A DNA stretch of 64,000 nt from Lama guanicoe (taxonomy: Eukaryota). The translations under genes and the position numbers were made by a program. Positions 12,085 to 25,069 of this stretch are shown here, one piece after another (position 1 is the stretch's first letter; every line of letters starts with the position of its first letter). The stretch is taken from NCBI GenBank assembly GCA_013239625.1, contig MU054220.1, positions 3,101,374-3,165,373 of the forward strand, read 5' to 3'. The notes beneath the pieces were generated by a model that was not told the origin of the DNA, did not search any database, and was given only the letters and a program-made list of their open reading frames with translations.

Positions 12085-12790
12085 TTGGGTGATGGACAAA
12101 ATCTGACCTAAGATGAAATGTAACAGAAATAATGAAGGGCCCTGTAATTGCCTCCCTGAAGAAGTGCCCACGGCAGTACTAAATAGGAGGAGAGAGATCA
12201 TCAGTTGCAAACATAAAAATGACCGAGGGTTCTAGCTGTCAGTAGGGTCACAATGAATCAATTGTATGATGTGGCTGCAAAAATGCTACCGTGTTCTGGA
12301 CCTGGATTAATAGAAGAATAGGGAGGGGAGAATTCTGTTTGACTCCCATCTGTTCTGCCACTCAGGGAGCGCTGCGCTCTACCGGGCCCCAGAAAGGAGA
12401 TAAACTGCAATGTATTCAAAGAAGTGGGCCTAGGGTGGTCAGGAGTATTGTCTTAATAGGAAACATTATTTTGAGGTATGAGAGAGGGTGTATGAGGTGT
12501 GTATGTGGTTTGGAGACGAAGTTCTTGGGGATACTGGAACCACTTCTGTTTTAAGAGGGATCCAGCTAGTTCTTTCCACCCATAAGCCCCAGAGATGGGA
12601 GACAGGAAGGTGGGGTAAAAGGAAGAGTTGTTAAACAATTACAGCAATTCTAGGATGGAAAAGCTTGCCCAGATAAGTCATGGTGGTCTGGTCACTGGGA
12701 GCGTGTGTGAACTGAGGCTGGAGGTTTTGTGGTGGGTTCATGTAATGTGTGGGGAATTAGGTAAGGTGACTTCAAGGCTTCCCTCCACTC
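12085..12790 (+). mobile_element. CR1/L3 LINE 3' fragment
   Basis: atgaatcaattgtatgatgtggctgcaaaaa...ggattaatagaagaata...gataaactgcaatgtattcaaagaag; L3 ORF2 C-terminal pattern. Confidence 0.7.
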
Positions 12791-13684
12791 CTCATATTCC
12801 ATTATCTCAAGGCTCATCCTGTGAACAGAGAAGATCCAGCTTCACACCTTGCAACGGAAGACCTCTAGCTTTGAAAGTGTATCCTACAGCGAGGGGAAAA
12901 ATCTTTAGCTGGGAGGAACATGGCCCAGGGAGAGAGGGATTGACTAACCATCCCTGGGGCTCCCTTATCCAGGCATTGGCCTCTCCCCTGGTCCAAATTA
13001 CTCTATGGGCTCCATTCAGCTGTGAGTGAAAGCTGCTCTCCACCCCATCTCCCCCTAGACATGGAGTAAAGTTTCCTTGGCCAATGTCCCAACCCTTGAC
13101 AGACACACCTGATCTCTGTGGCCCCCAAAAGCTGTTATGAGGCCTAAGCCTACCCTGAGGGTGTCCCCCACTGGCTGGGCCATTAAATAAGGGCAGTGGG
13201 TGGGGATTAGTTGCCAAAACTCATCATATAAAGAAGGATTTTGGGCTGCCATTGACAGCCAGTCCTGTCCCTCCAGGTGAAAGGCTGACCTGGCCTGAGG
13301 GGCTACTTGGGCTTGGTCCTTAGTAGAAGGAGGAAGACCACCCCCCACCCTGAGTAAGTCAGTCTTGCCCTTGCTCTTGACAGTGCTGGGGCTCTTGGCA
13401 TCTGCAGTGGACCTGTGGTGTCTGTGTTGCTCATCTGCTGATCTCACCAACCACATATGTCTTAATAAGTTCTAGGCATTGGCTGCACATCTAGGTAACA
13501 GTCCCCAAGAGCCCCTACATGTTATGTGGTGATGCTGGAGAGTCTTTCTTCACTCTTTAGATCATTTTACTTGCTAAGATTACTATTTGGGCTCCCTCTT
13601 TGAATCTGCCTGTGGGAAAAGAAAGAAACAAATGAGTCACTGGGAAAGCCTAGTTACTTAAATGACATGAAATGTTGAGAAGAC

Positions 13685-13975
13685 ATCATCTATTCATACA
13701 TCCATTGCCAATCACCTACCCAATATTCATCAACCAAAAACTCATCTATCTATGAATCTATCCATCCATCATCCATGAATCTATGCATCCACACATTTAC
13801 TTACTCATCTATCCATCATCCAGATACCCATTTGCCTAACCATCTAACCATTCATCCAACCAACCATCCATTCATCCCCCCATTATCCAGGTGTCTGTTC
13901 ATCCAATCTTCCACCCACATGTCATCTATGAATCCATTCTCTATCCAACTATGTCTTTATCCACGATTCATCATG
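13685..13975. repeat. Degenerate (CATC/CTAT)n low-complexity tract
   Basis: repeated catc/atcc/ctat units. Confidence 0.8.
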
Positions 13976-13993
13976 TCCTTCTCTGATAGATAC

Positions 13994-14420
13994 TGTGATG
14001 TGCTGACCAGATCCCTTTGCAATGAAGGACTTATTCCAATTGCTAGGAGTACTGGTGTCAAGGAGACTTTAGAAGTCTGTTCTTTCAAGGGTTATCTCAG
14101 CTGCAGATAGCTGCCTTGCTTAAGATCATGCCTCTTCCCAGGGCAGCCCACATCCAATGACTGATGGATGTGTGGGCATAAAAGCCTGAACATCTTGGCT
14201 CAAAAGGGCAACTCTGAAGGTCTGTTCTTGCTTCAGAGCTCCGCATAATGTTGGCCAAGGCTGCTTTTGTTGGACCTGCATTGCAGCTTGACTTCTGCCA
14301 ATCCTGCTTCCTTCCCCTTTCTTCTGCAGGTGTTGATCCCAAGCACTCTCTTTATAAACATCCTGCACACTAAACTGTGCCTCAGGATTTGCCTCCCAGG
14401 GAACTCAACCTGTGACTCTG
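13994..14420 (+). mobile_element. ERVL solo LTR (LTR16-like)
   Basis: cccagggcagcccacatccaatgactga...caatcctgcttccttcccc...taaacatcctgcacactaaact...ccagggaactcaacctgtgac. Confidence 0.85.
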
Positions 14421-14439
14421 ACAGCATCCTTTCATTCAT

Positions 14440-14820
14440 AAACACATGCCTCCATCCATGTACCCTTCCATCCAATAAATAAACAATTACCTTAAACTTG
14501 CTATCTGTACAAGATTTGGGCATTATAAAGAATGTATATATATGAATCAAGCGTGAGCTTTGCCCTCAAGGAGCTCACAGAATAATAGAAGTGATTAGAC
14601 CCGTCCACCAATAGCTCCACCAAGAAAGTTGGAATGGGGAGTGGTCTTTTCAGACTGAGGGGAACAGGGTGTGCTTCATGGGAGAGGCAGCAACTGAGAT
14701 GGGCCATGAAGGATGGGGGATGGGAAATTGAATGTGGTTATAGGGAATTGGGACAAAAATGGCTCTTTATGTAATAAGAATTGCTTGTGCAAAGGCATGG
14801 AGAATGCAAAATGAGAATTA
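14440..14820 (-). mobile_element. L2 LINE fragment
   Basis: tgccctcaaggagctcacag...gcttcatgggagaggcagcaactgagatgggccatgaaggatg...tgtgcaaaggcatggag. Confidence 0.65.
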
Positions 14821-16239
14821 TCTACTCAAAGCGAAGAGGCAGGTGTGACAGCTGGGTGCAGCTGGACTTTCGATGACCTCATGGCATCCACTTCCTCTGC
14901 TCCCCGCCATGCCCCTCCCAGCACTTCTTCCCACCTACCTCCCCTCGGTCCCTGCAGGAAGCGTGGTTTTGTCACTAGTCAAAGCTTTGTGGTCTGGCCA
15001 TGGAAGAAACTCTGGAAGCTACAGCCAGGAGAAGGGCAAGATATTTTCCTGACTGCAGGGAAGAGGAGGCATTGGCATGCTTGGCAGGCTGTTTTATCCA
15101 AGGCTGCTTGCTCCCCAGAAGGCTGCTTCCTCCATCTCACTTTTGGATTAATAAGAAACCAGATGGGCCCAGCTGGTTGGTGAGAGTCATGTCCTAATCA
15201 GGCCAAGGTTGCAGCATGACCCCTGGAAGGCCCTGGAAGCTTTACACGCAGAAAGTCTGTACACAGATCTCTGACCCAGGGACAAACCGTAAACTTGACC
15301 TTGGCCAGGTACACAGCCCCTGGCCCCTGCCATTGATTGAGCCTTGACTCTGATCACAAATTGGGCCTTGTGACTGGCTGCAGAATGAGCCCCAAACACC
15401 AATCAATCAATTAATCAACAATCTGACAGCTCTATATGGAAGAACTTCTAAAGCTGCCCAACGCTGTTCCCGGATGGTGGGGGATGAAAGCATTACCTTG
15501 GGGACTGCTGCTTGGCAGGCACAGCCATCAGGCTCTACAAATTCCTAGGTGACACATTTGGGTCCAGGGGAAGCATGCTCAGGGATGTTGGCTTCTGCTC
15601 ATGGTCAGGAAGGACCTTCTGTCTCTTGGCTTCCCCACGATGCAGAAGGCTCTTTTACGTAATGAGCTCCCTTGTCTGAAGAAGGATCTAGTTGTAGCTA
15701 TTGGATAATCATCAGTAACTCTTAAAGAAGATGCTTACACTGAGTAGGGCCTTCCTTGGATGCTCCGTTTGCGGACAGCATGACCTGGGGCAATGGCTTG
15801 CCCTTTTGAAGCCTTGATTAACACTTCTAAACAATGAGGATCAGGAAGTATGTATTTCCTGTCTTTGCAGCAAGGGATGGATGAGGTTGTGTGCACGAAG
15901 CATTTTCATCGCTCTTAGACTATCTGTAGAAGGAGGGCTATTGAGATGTTTGTGTTTCAGGCACTTGAGAAGGGTCCCAGTGAGTCCCACTCTTAGCAAA
16001 TGGCCATGGTTAGGGGGTCAGCCTGGGACCTAGAGAAGGGGCAGGGCTGTGAACTCAACAGCCCATCACACTTCTAACAATCTTGTGGCCCCTTGTCCTT
16101 ATGTCCTGAAAAGTAAGAAGGGCCAGGGACTCTATCCATGGCAATACCAGGATACATTCCACTTCCACCCACCCTCCACTCAGGCAGGATTAACGCCATT
16201 CTGCAGCCTCAGCAAGAATGAAAATTGGTGCCTCTAATG

Positions 16240-16253
16240 GTTACCATGGCAAC
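16240..16253. promoter_or_regulatory. RFX X-box motif
   Basis: GTTACCATGGCAAC is an exact match to GTTRCCATGGYAAC, in non-repeat sequence; motif only, binding not shown. Confidence 0.5.
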
Positions 16254-16659
16254 TGTGTGCTGGGAGGAGCAGGGCGGGCCTGATGTAGGGATGTGAAGCC
16301 TGAGTTTCCAAGGCAGCGCTGCCCTCTGGTTTGCTGCACAGTTAGGATCCCCACTGGGGGTGGGGCTGGGGGGGGACAGGATGCTCAGGGACTGCCCAGC
16401 CTTCCTAAGACCTGGGGCCTCTATCCTCACAACTGCTGAGGATGTGCCTGGCTCTTGCTCTTCACAGAGTCTCTCACCAGGAGCCTGGCTGCCACCTGTC
16501 CTTCACCCAGGATCCCTACTCTCTTTTAAGACTCCACAATGATTTCCCTGTGTCCTCTATAGCAACTCTGACTCAGGATGCCCCCAAGGATCTCCTGAAC
16601 TACTTTGTGCCCAAGATGCTGCCAGGGAAAGAATGAGAGAAGGCAGGATGGGTTTACTA

Positions 16660-17146
16660 AAATTCAAATTTGATCAGGTCTATCCTCCATTTAAAAACCT
16701 TCAATGGCTCCCTAGTGCCCTCAAGATAATGGCTAATGCTCTAGCATAGCTTACAGGCTCCTCGCACCTGCTCCCTCTGCCTCCTGCTTTCCTTTCCTGC
16801 CACTTCCCACCCCCTGGGAAGAGTGCACTGTCTCTCACCTCTGGGCCGTGGCCTGTGCTGTTTCCCTCTTCCTAGACCCTTTTGTCTGCTTACCTGGCTG
16901 CCTTCCACGCATTCTCTTTTTCTCAGCCTCGATGGCACATCCTCTGGGAAGCTCTCTACAGGACTAAGAGCCTCTCTTTGCTCCCAGAGCACTGATCTCT
17001 TACCTGAACCCATATCCTCCTAGGTTAGAACATCCCGTTTACTTGTCTTCTTCCTCAGGGATGCTGCATCCCCTGCGCGGGGCTTGGGTCTGTGTGCGTA
17101 GGAGGTGCTTGACAATAGTTGTGGAATGAATGAGTGAATGAATGAA
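16660..17146 (+). mobile_element. L2 LINE 3' fragment
   Basis: ttaaaaaccttcaatggctccc...tcctctgggaagct...aggaggtgcttgacaatagttgtggaatgaatgagtgaatgaatgaa tail. Confidence 0.8.
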
Positions 17147-18789
17147 GAAGGCCCCCTTCCTGTCCAGGGCCATCTCTCCTGGGGGAGGTGGTGACTTGGC
17201 AGAGCCTGGCACCCCTGTGGGTTGGAGGAGAGGCTGGGAAGTTGCTGCCCTAAGGGTGTTAGTGCATCAAGCTTTAGAGAAAAACACAAAACACAACCTT
17301 AGGCAGCTGGGTCCCCTGCATTAGTGAAGAACTGGAAATCATTTAAGCATCGTACCTTTGGGAATTGGGTCAGCAATTGGGTCTGCCTTCTCCATGGAGA
17401 ATTGTGCAGTGATTAAAAAGACTTTTGTTAAAGGGAAAAAGGAGCCCAGAAGACCATATTAAAGACTATGCAGAAACATGGCAAAATGTTTGAGGTCATG
17501 TGTTATATGTGAAAAAGCAGAGTGCAAAATGATGTGGTCTGGGTTTATGTGTCTGTGACAGCGTGTGTCTGTGACAGCGTTTGCTAATTGCTGCAAGACT
17601 TGGGGGAGGGAATCAATAAACTGCGAACTTCCCACCCAAGTCAGAAGCAGGCTGACCGAGTCAGGGATCGTATCTGCAGCAAGAGACACAGAATGAGAGA
17701 AGAAAAGGCAACTTCCCAGCTCTTTGAGGAAAGGGATTCATCCCCGAGAGTCCTCAAGAGAGGGAAAGCCTTGGTTTCCCATCTCTTCTGCCTCTCCCCT
17801 TGGACTGCCGTAGGGTCCTGCTGGCAAGGACACCTACATTTCCTGCTGGCCACTTGGAGAAGCATCGCAGACAGGCCCGGGGAGCTCTTGGCAGGGGTGG
17901 GGGGCACCACATGGCTGCAGGACCACGGCTTCCTCCCTGAATCCAGGCTCAGGCTGCGCCTGGTCCCTGACGCGCCAGCTGCCCTGGCCCCGAGGAGGCA
18001 GTTCTGGGTGTCTGTGCTCCTCCTCTCTCATGTGGCCTCCTCGGAGCTGGCTGCCTCTGCCCTCCTGGCTTCTCTCCTTCCTTCCCCAGGCCTGTATGCG
18101 CTCTGACCATCCCCAACTCTGTCCCCCAAATGCTCCTGCCTTTCACCTCCAGAGGGCCATTCTGAGGTTCATTTTCTTTCAAGAGCTGTATTTCCCCCTT
18201 GCACTCCTAACCCCAGTCCTGCTAGTCCTGACACCATCACAAGACGTCCTTCTGTCTCCAAGGAGCCAGGAAGAAGGCTGATTCTACCCCATCCTGAGAT
18301 GGCTCTTGCTTCCCACACCTCTTCTCCCTGGGCCCCACCTGTGACCTTTCCCATTCCTCTTTGGACCCTTGTGAATCTGGAAAAGGCCCTCATCACTGGT
18401 CTTTGGACTAGGCTGTGAGGCACTTGTGTTTAAGAGAGGCCAAAAAGGCTTCATGGTAGAGAGACAACCATTCAGGGGAAGGTGCAGTTGCAGTGGCAGA
18501 GGTGTTTAGGGGCACAGGGCCATCCCTGCACTCCTGGAATCATCTCACAGAGAGGGGTTTGGAGTGACTCTTTCTTCTTTGTGTTATTCTGTACATTCTC
18601 CATCATCTAAAATAAATCTGTCTACTTTTAGGATCAGAATAAAAGCTAACAAAATACTCCTCCTCACCTGCACCTTGGACTGCTTCTATTTTGTCCTCCG
18701 TAAAATCACCCCTAAGTCAGGGAAGGGACCAGCATAGATGGCAGGTCTGAGAGCAGAGCCTTCACCCAACCATCCTTCCAAGAGCCAAG

Positions 18790-19010
18790 TGATAGAGACC
18801 ACGGGGTTGGAATCAGTTAGCTCTGCATTTGAGACCAGGCTTCACTGTTTATCTGCTGTGTGACCTTAGGAGAGATACTTAACCTTTCTGAGCCCCAGTT
18901 TCCTCCTCTATTACTTATAGTTAATAACCTATGTTAGGGTTCTTGTGATAATTAAATGTGTTAAATAGATTTCCGTGCCTAGCACAGTGTTAGCATATCA
19001 TAAATGGTGT
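18790..19010 (+). mobile_element. MIR SINE
   Basis: gctgtgtgaccttagg...cttaacctttctgagccccagtttcctc...taattaaatg. Confidence 0.85.
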
Positions 19011-19344
19011 TTCCTTTTTGTAAGGGGGGAAGAAAGGGTTCTTTTGTGAAAACAGCTACATAAAGCCCTACATGAAAACCTCCATTCAGATCTATGTCCT
19101 GAGCTTTGAAGTCTGACTTGAAGAATAAATTCCTGATTGGTGTCACTGATCAGCCTTCCTGCCCTGGTGTCTGCAAAGGGACGGAGCTCTCGTCAGGCTG
19201 CAAAGGCAGGTGCTGCTGATATGTGGAAGGTCTTTGTGGAGGGTCCTTTAGTGCCCAGGATGCCACTTGCCAATGGAACCCACACCTCCATTGGTAGGAA
19301 GCGTTGGTGGGAGGGGTGAGTTGGGGGTGTCTGAGGACCTTCAC

Positions 19345-20512
19345 CTGTCATTGTCATTTGAATTCCAGGGGGTGGGAAGGAACACAAAAAAAGTTTTTTG
19401 AAGAAATAATGGCCCCAAACTTTCCAAATGTGACGAAAACTATATATCCACACATCCAAGCAATACAATGAATCTCAAACAGGATACACACACATACACG
19501 GAAGCCACAGGATATGTTATAATCAAACTTCTAAAAACAGGTGATAGAGTGAAAAATCTTGGAATGCATCCAGAGAACCAAAACAGAGAAAGAGAATAAA
19601 TGATCACAGACCATCTGTCAGAAACTGTAAGTTAGAAGGTAATGGAAATTATCAACTAAGAATTCTATATCCATCGATAATATTCTTCAAATGTTAAGGC
19701 AAAATAAAATCTTTTTCAGAAATTCAAAAGCTGAGAGAATTTGTCCATGGAAGACCTACACAATAAGAAATGTTACAGGAAGTTCTTCAAGTAGAATAAA
19801 AATAATACTAGATGGAAAATTTAGATCTACATAAAGGGAATAAAGATTGCCAAAGAAATAAAAATATGGGTAAATATAAGGCTTTTTCCTCATTTAAAAT
19901 TTATTTAAAGGATAATTTGAATTGTGATGTTCATAATATGAATAGAAGTAAAATGTTTGCAATCGTCCTATGAAGAACAGGAGGGAAAAATGGAAATATA
20001 GTGTTTTAAGCTTTCTTAAACAAGTTAAAGTTGCATATTTTAAACCTTAGAACAACCTAAAAATAAAACAAAGAGGTATAGCTGATAAGCCAATGAAGGT
20101 AAAATGAAATACTAAAAAAATACTCAACTAATCCAAAAGAAGGTAGTTACAAAAGAAAAAGGAACAAAGGACAGATGAGACAAATGGAAAACAAATATCA
20201 AGGTGATAAATTTAAACCAAACATACGGATGATTGCAATTAAATGTAAATGGCCTAAACATTCAGTTAAAAGGTAGAGATTGTCAGACTGGATAAAAAAA
20301 AGTAAGACCAAAATATATACTGTCTACTCATTTTAAACATAAAGACACTGATAGGTTAAAAGTAAAAGGATGGAAAAAGATATACCATGTAAACACTAAC
20401 TATACGAATGTTGGGGTAGCTATATTAATATCAGACAAGTTAGATATTTGCTCAAAGTCAGAACAAAAAATATTACCAGGGATAAAAGAGGGAACTTTTA
20501 TACTGATAAAGG
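19345..20512 (+). mobile_element. Old L1 (L1MC/ME-type): ORF1 3' half plus start of ORF2 endonuclease, decayed
   Basis: tttgaagaaataatggccccaaactttccaaat (ORF1-like) and ttaaatgtaaatggcctaaac...gactggataaaaaaa (EN motif LNVNGLN...WIKK); many stops. Confidence 0.9.
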
Positions 20513-21149
20513 TTTGATTTTCAACTCTGCTGCTGGATGATGTAGAGCCAGTCAATTAGCCTCTCTGAGCCTCAGTTTCCTCTTCTACAAAATGGGTCAC
20601 AACATCAGGTGTAATTGCATGGTTGCCATGATTCTTACTGGTGTGAAAGAGCCCAGATGTGGTATTCCCTCTCTCCAGGGCACAGTGCCTATCTCTTTAC
20701 CAGGCCTCTCACCCTAGACTGCTTGATAATTATTCATGCCAGCACATAACAAAGGGCTGTCAACTTTATTATTGACTTGATAAAGATGTTCTTCCATAGC
20801 TACTGGGAACGCAGGCTTGTGAGTTATGATCCAGCTAATTTCTGGCAGTGTGGGCTGGGCTTGTGAGGAGCTGGCCCCGGGAAAACTTTGGGGATAAGTC
20901 ATTTGCTCCCTCTGATGTCCTTCCAAGGAATATGGGGTCTTCTTGGTCTTCAAGAGCAACAGTTATCTCTGGATTTGAATTTTCAATTTTAGTTTATTTG
21001 AACTAGAGTTTCTCATCTGTGATGGCCCAGATATGCTTTAAGAAACAACCCTCTAAATATTACATTTCAAAGGCAAGTTCAGAGGACTTTCCTGTTGAGG
21101 AATTATATGTCTATAATAGTGATTTTTAAAATGGGAAGAAGCACATTTC

Positions 21150-21832
21150 TGGTGCAATGGTGAGATCTCTGGGCTTCAGCGTTGTGCAGACCTGGATTTA
21201 AATCCCAGTTCTGCTACTGCGTTCATTTGTTTTACAAGATTTACTGAGTATCCCAGGTCCTGTAGGGATTGGAGATACAGTGGGAAACTATCTTCATGGA
21301 GTTTATATTCTAGTAGGGGAGACAATAAATAAATAAATGAACAAACTAAATAAGTAATCTCATATAGTTATGAATAGAATACAATAAATAATATAATAGA
21401 AAGCATGTGGGTAATTGGAGATGTGAGTTATGAGTTGTGATACCTGAATGAAGGAGAATCCAGCCAAATAAGGTGAGTGAGAACAATTGAGCAGAAGGAA
21501 CAGCAAGTGCAAAGGCCCTGGGGTGTCTGGTTTGAGGACTGGAAAGGTAGTCAGTGAGGTTGGAGGGATGTGAGTGAGGGGCCTGGACATGCAGACCCTC
21601 TTAGGTCATTAATAGGGTGAACAATGGAAGTCCTTGGAGGATCTGAAGTAGCCACTGTGAACTGGGTGTCCCCGTGCCATTTATTTAATCTGTCTGAATC
21701 TCACTTTATCCATTGGTGCAGTGGAGATGACAACAATCCCAGCTCATGGAATTGTTGGAAATTAGCAACATGATGCACATAAAGAGCTAAAATGGTAGCT
21801 AAGACCTTGCATGTACTTGACAAATACTAGTC
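21150..21832 (+). mobile_element. MIR SINE split by an antisense L2 fragment (about 21220-21650)
   Basis: MIR head ends ...cccagttctgctactg; L2 ttcatttg...aacagcaagtgcaaaggccctg; MIR resumes gccactg...catggaattgttgg...cataaagagct. Confidence 0.75.
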
Positions 21833-22519
21833 TCCTTCCCTCCCTGGGCCTTAATTTCTCAGAAATTGAAAGGGTAGGACTTGGTGGTTTTTGTGGCATC
21901 ATCTACCTGGAATATTCTTAGTGCTTATAAAAGGAAGAGGAGTTCAAAAGCTAAAATGTTAAGAACATTACTTCAAAATGAAGATAAAGTATCTCAGAAA
22001 TTGTGTTGTAAATCATTGCTGAAATAGGATTCCATTTATAAAAATTCAATTTGAGTGCAATTTTCTCAGGAACACACACACAGAGTACAGAGTAAGGTCA
22101 ACCTGTAACATCCTCCCTTCCAGATTCTCCCCTGTATCTCAGTGCAGGGGGCTGGGCAGCTTTGGAGGATTGTTCTGGGGTAACTGTCTGAAGCCCCTTT
22201 ATTCAAGGGTCCATTAGCCTCATACTCTGATTGCATGACCTAAAATCTGGGTCAAGCAGAGTAGGGAGACAAACCGTAGGGAAGACGGATGTCCTAGAAT
22301 TCCAGAGGGTTCATAAGAATCCCCAGACCAGGCTCCACTGATTCCTATCAGGACTACTGTGTAGGGTCATGATACCAGATTGGACTCCTTGCTGTGGGGA
22401 TAGGCATATCCACTTTCCCTCTGAGCTCAGACGTAGCCTTGGTATCCTTTTCAGCAGTTCTCCAGGCAGTCTCTACCAACCGATCATGGTGAACAGGTGA
22501 GTAAACCTCTTTGCCATCC

Positions 22520-22635
22520 CTGATTGAGTCTTACTTCCTCAGATCCTGCCAACTGAGGCCCAGGGAGGCGGAGTGACTTGCCAAAGGCACACAACTAATC
22601 GGTGGCAGAGCCTGATCTCATGGATTTCTACTGCC
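22520..22635 (-). mobile_element. MIR SINE
   Basis: aactgaggcccagggaggcggagtgacttgccaaaggcacacaactaatcggtggcagagc. Confidence 0.8.
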
Positions 22636-24433
22636 CCCTGCTGACCCCGGGGTGGGAGATGCCGTGAGAGGTGGTCTGCTTCAAGAAGAGAAATAGATCA
22701 TTTCCATATTATAGAAACAGCCATGGAGATGCAGGGGCATTGGTCCAATAGAACTAATGGGATTTCTGTCCTAGTTCTAACGCCTTTCCCTCTAGTGATG
22801 GGAACCCCTTTATAACCAACAGCACCCTGATATTCTGATACATGTGATTTGAAGAGACTCATTGACCCCCCAGCTTTAAGGATGGTCCCTGATGGGTTTC
22901 AGATAGTTGGTGTATCCCCTCCCCAGGCCATGTTTGTGATGGACAGTCAGATCAGTCAAGGCCAAGGAGTTGCCATCTTGGGGCAAATTTTGGCTGGAAT
23001 CTAGTTTGGCTACCAACTTACTGTGTGATCTTGGGCCCACTGTTTCAAATATGAGCCTTTTATGTTAAAATTTGAAAAATGTGTGCTTTCGAGGGATGGG
23101 ATAGGGGACAAGATTGTAGCTTTCACAGTGAGGTCTGTGGACTCCAAGGTGGTGTCTCAGAGCCTGGGGAACCCCAACTTCCCCCCAACCCCCAACTTTG
23201 CCCAGACCTACTCTCTCCTTCTCCAGGCTTCTGAGGAAGGTCTGGTTTGAAGAAAAGTTGCTGCATCTGAAAAAGCATGGTAGCCCTGGGGACAGGTGAC
23301 CTCACAGACTCCTCCCACCTGCCCCACCTCTGAGCCTCCAGAACCCACTGGCCTGCATGGTAGCTGAGAGTCTGGGCTCATCATGGCCTCTGTCTTCAAA
23401 GAAAAAGATCAGCCTTTATTGAGTGCTACTGTTCCAGGTCAGTTTGGTCTGTCTGAACTAGTATGTTTGTTTAGAAAGAACATTGAAACATGCTCAATGA
23501 AGACAACTTGAAAATCACTAAGAAAATCACTAAGATCCAAGTAATCCCAGTCGAGTTCGGCAATATTGGCTATGCCAGTGAGAGCCACTCCTTTCTCTGT
23601 CTTCCTTTTTGTCTCTCAGTGTTTCTGTCTGCAAGCCCACCTTTTAATTTGGACCCTAGTCCTGCCTTTGATCCTCTTTCCCTTCCAATATTCTAAAGAG
23701 AGAGACCCAATTACAGATGGGAAAACCATTCTTGATTTCCTCTTCAGTTCCCATCAAAGCCACTGTCAGGGTTCCAGAGCACGGGCAGATAGAGCTTATC
23801 CCTTTTACTTTCTGCAGAGTCATGGTCCTGAAATCTCAGGCTAAGAGAGGCAGCTCCTTCTAACACCATAATCCATCCCAGGATGGGGAGTTGGTGGGAC
23901 TAGGACATCGCATCGGGGAAGTGAGCTACTGCCAACATAAAGTAACTTCAAAGGCACTTGAAAGATAACCATGGGAGGAAAAGCCAAGCCCTCCCCCAGG
24001 GCAAATACAGAGAAAGCCGCTCATCAACTTGTAGAAAGTTAAACATCCCAGAGGATATTAGTCTTTTACACTTTAGTGTGAATGAAGTCATTAGAACAGA
24101 TCTTCATTGTGGTAAGATGAAGTCTCACACAGCAGACTGTGCCATGTCCTAGAAGGTTGGTCCCTCCTCTGTCTATTACTGTGTCTTTCACAGTGCATTA
24201 GAATTTGAGTGTCTGCCACCTTCTCAAGGCTGAGTTCCTGAGTCTTAAATCCCTAGGGGCTGGGCCAGAGGGGGCATCAGTTGAACCCAAGCTAGCTCCC
24301 CCCCTCAAGCTGGGCTGCGTCACTGTTTTCACTTCAGGTGTCTCATTACACTTTGTGATCAGGTATTTGTTTACTCGAGTGTTTGTTTCTTGCTGCTTCT
24401 GCCACTGACTGTAAGACCTACGAGTGCAGGGGC

Positions 24434-24890
24434 TGTCTGAGTATGCGTTTCCCCAAAAGCAAAGCCTCAGACAAGCACTTCGGTGCAAATATCTATCTGG
24501 GAGGTGATCTCAAAAGGTACTATGAGAGAGCAAGGAAGGTAAAACGGGGAAGGAGGGAAGCTGGCAAAGGATCTGGTAATAGGGGGTTACTGCTGCGGGC
24601 AGCTGGGACTCAGTCTTGTTGGGGAGCCTCTGAGAGTTTGTAGAATACATCAGAATTTTCTCCAGAAAGGCAAGGAAACTGGGATGTTTATTCATCAACT
24701 CTCATGCCATGTTGATTGAGGGTTACTCCTGGGGTGTTAATGCTGGCCTGCCCATGTTGGGGAGAATCTGTTCCTACAATTAGAAGGTACATTCAGGCAA
24801 ACTTATGCTGGAATAGGTAGATATGAGTGGGGACGTCTGCCAGCAGCCGCCAGCGCTGACTGAGGATGTACAGGTCAGGGACTGACAGCC
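24434..24890 (-). mobile_element. ERVL solo LTR (LTR33-like) inserted in an L2 3' end
   Basis: ttccccaaaagcaaagcctcagacaagcacttcggtgcaaatatctatctgggaggtgatc; L2-like flanks at about 24340-24430 and 24895-24970. Confidence 0.7.
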
Positions 24891-25069
24891 TCTGCACTCC
24901 AGGCACCTCTGTGTACTCAGCCGGTAGCCTGGTGCCCCGGACATAGGTGATCAGCAGTCTATGAATGCTTATGGAGGGACTCAGTGAGCAGGGAACTGTC
25001 TTCAGATGACAATCCGTTCACGGTGCAGAGAAAGTTGGAGCAGAGTGAGCCCTTGGAGAAATCGCACCT

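Noticed and set aside
13775..14110. His/Pro/Ile-rich ORF
   Set aside because: Translation of a degenerate (CATC)n tract running into an LTR
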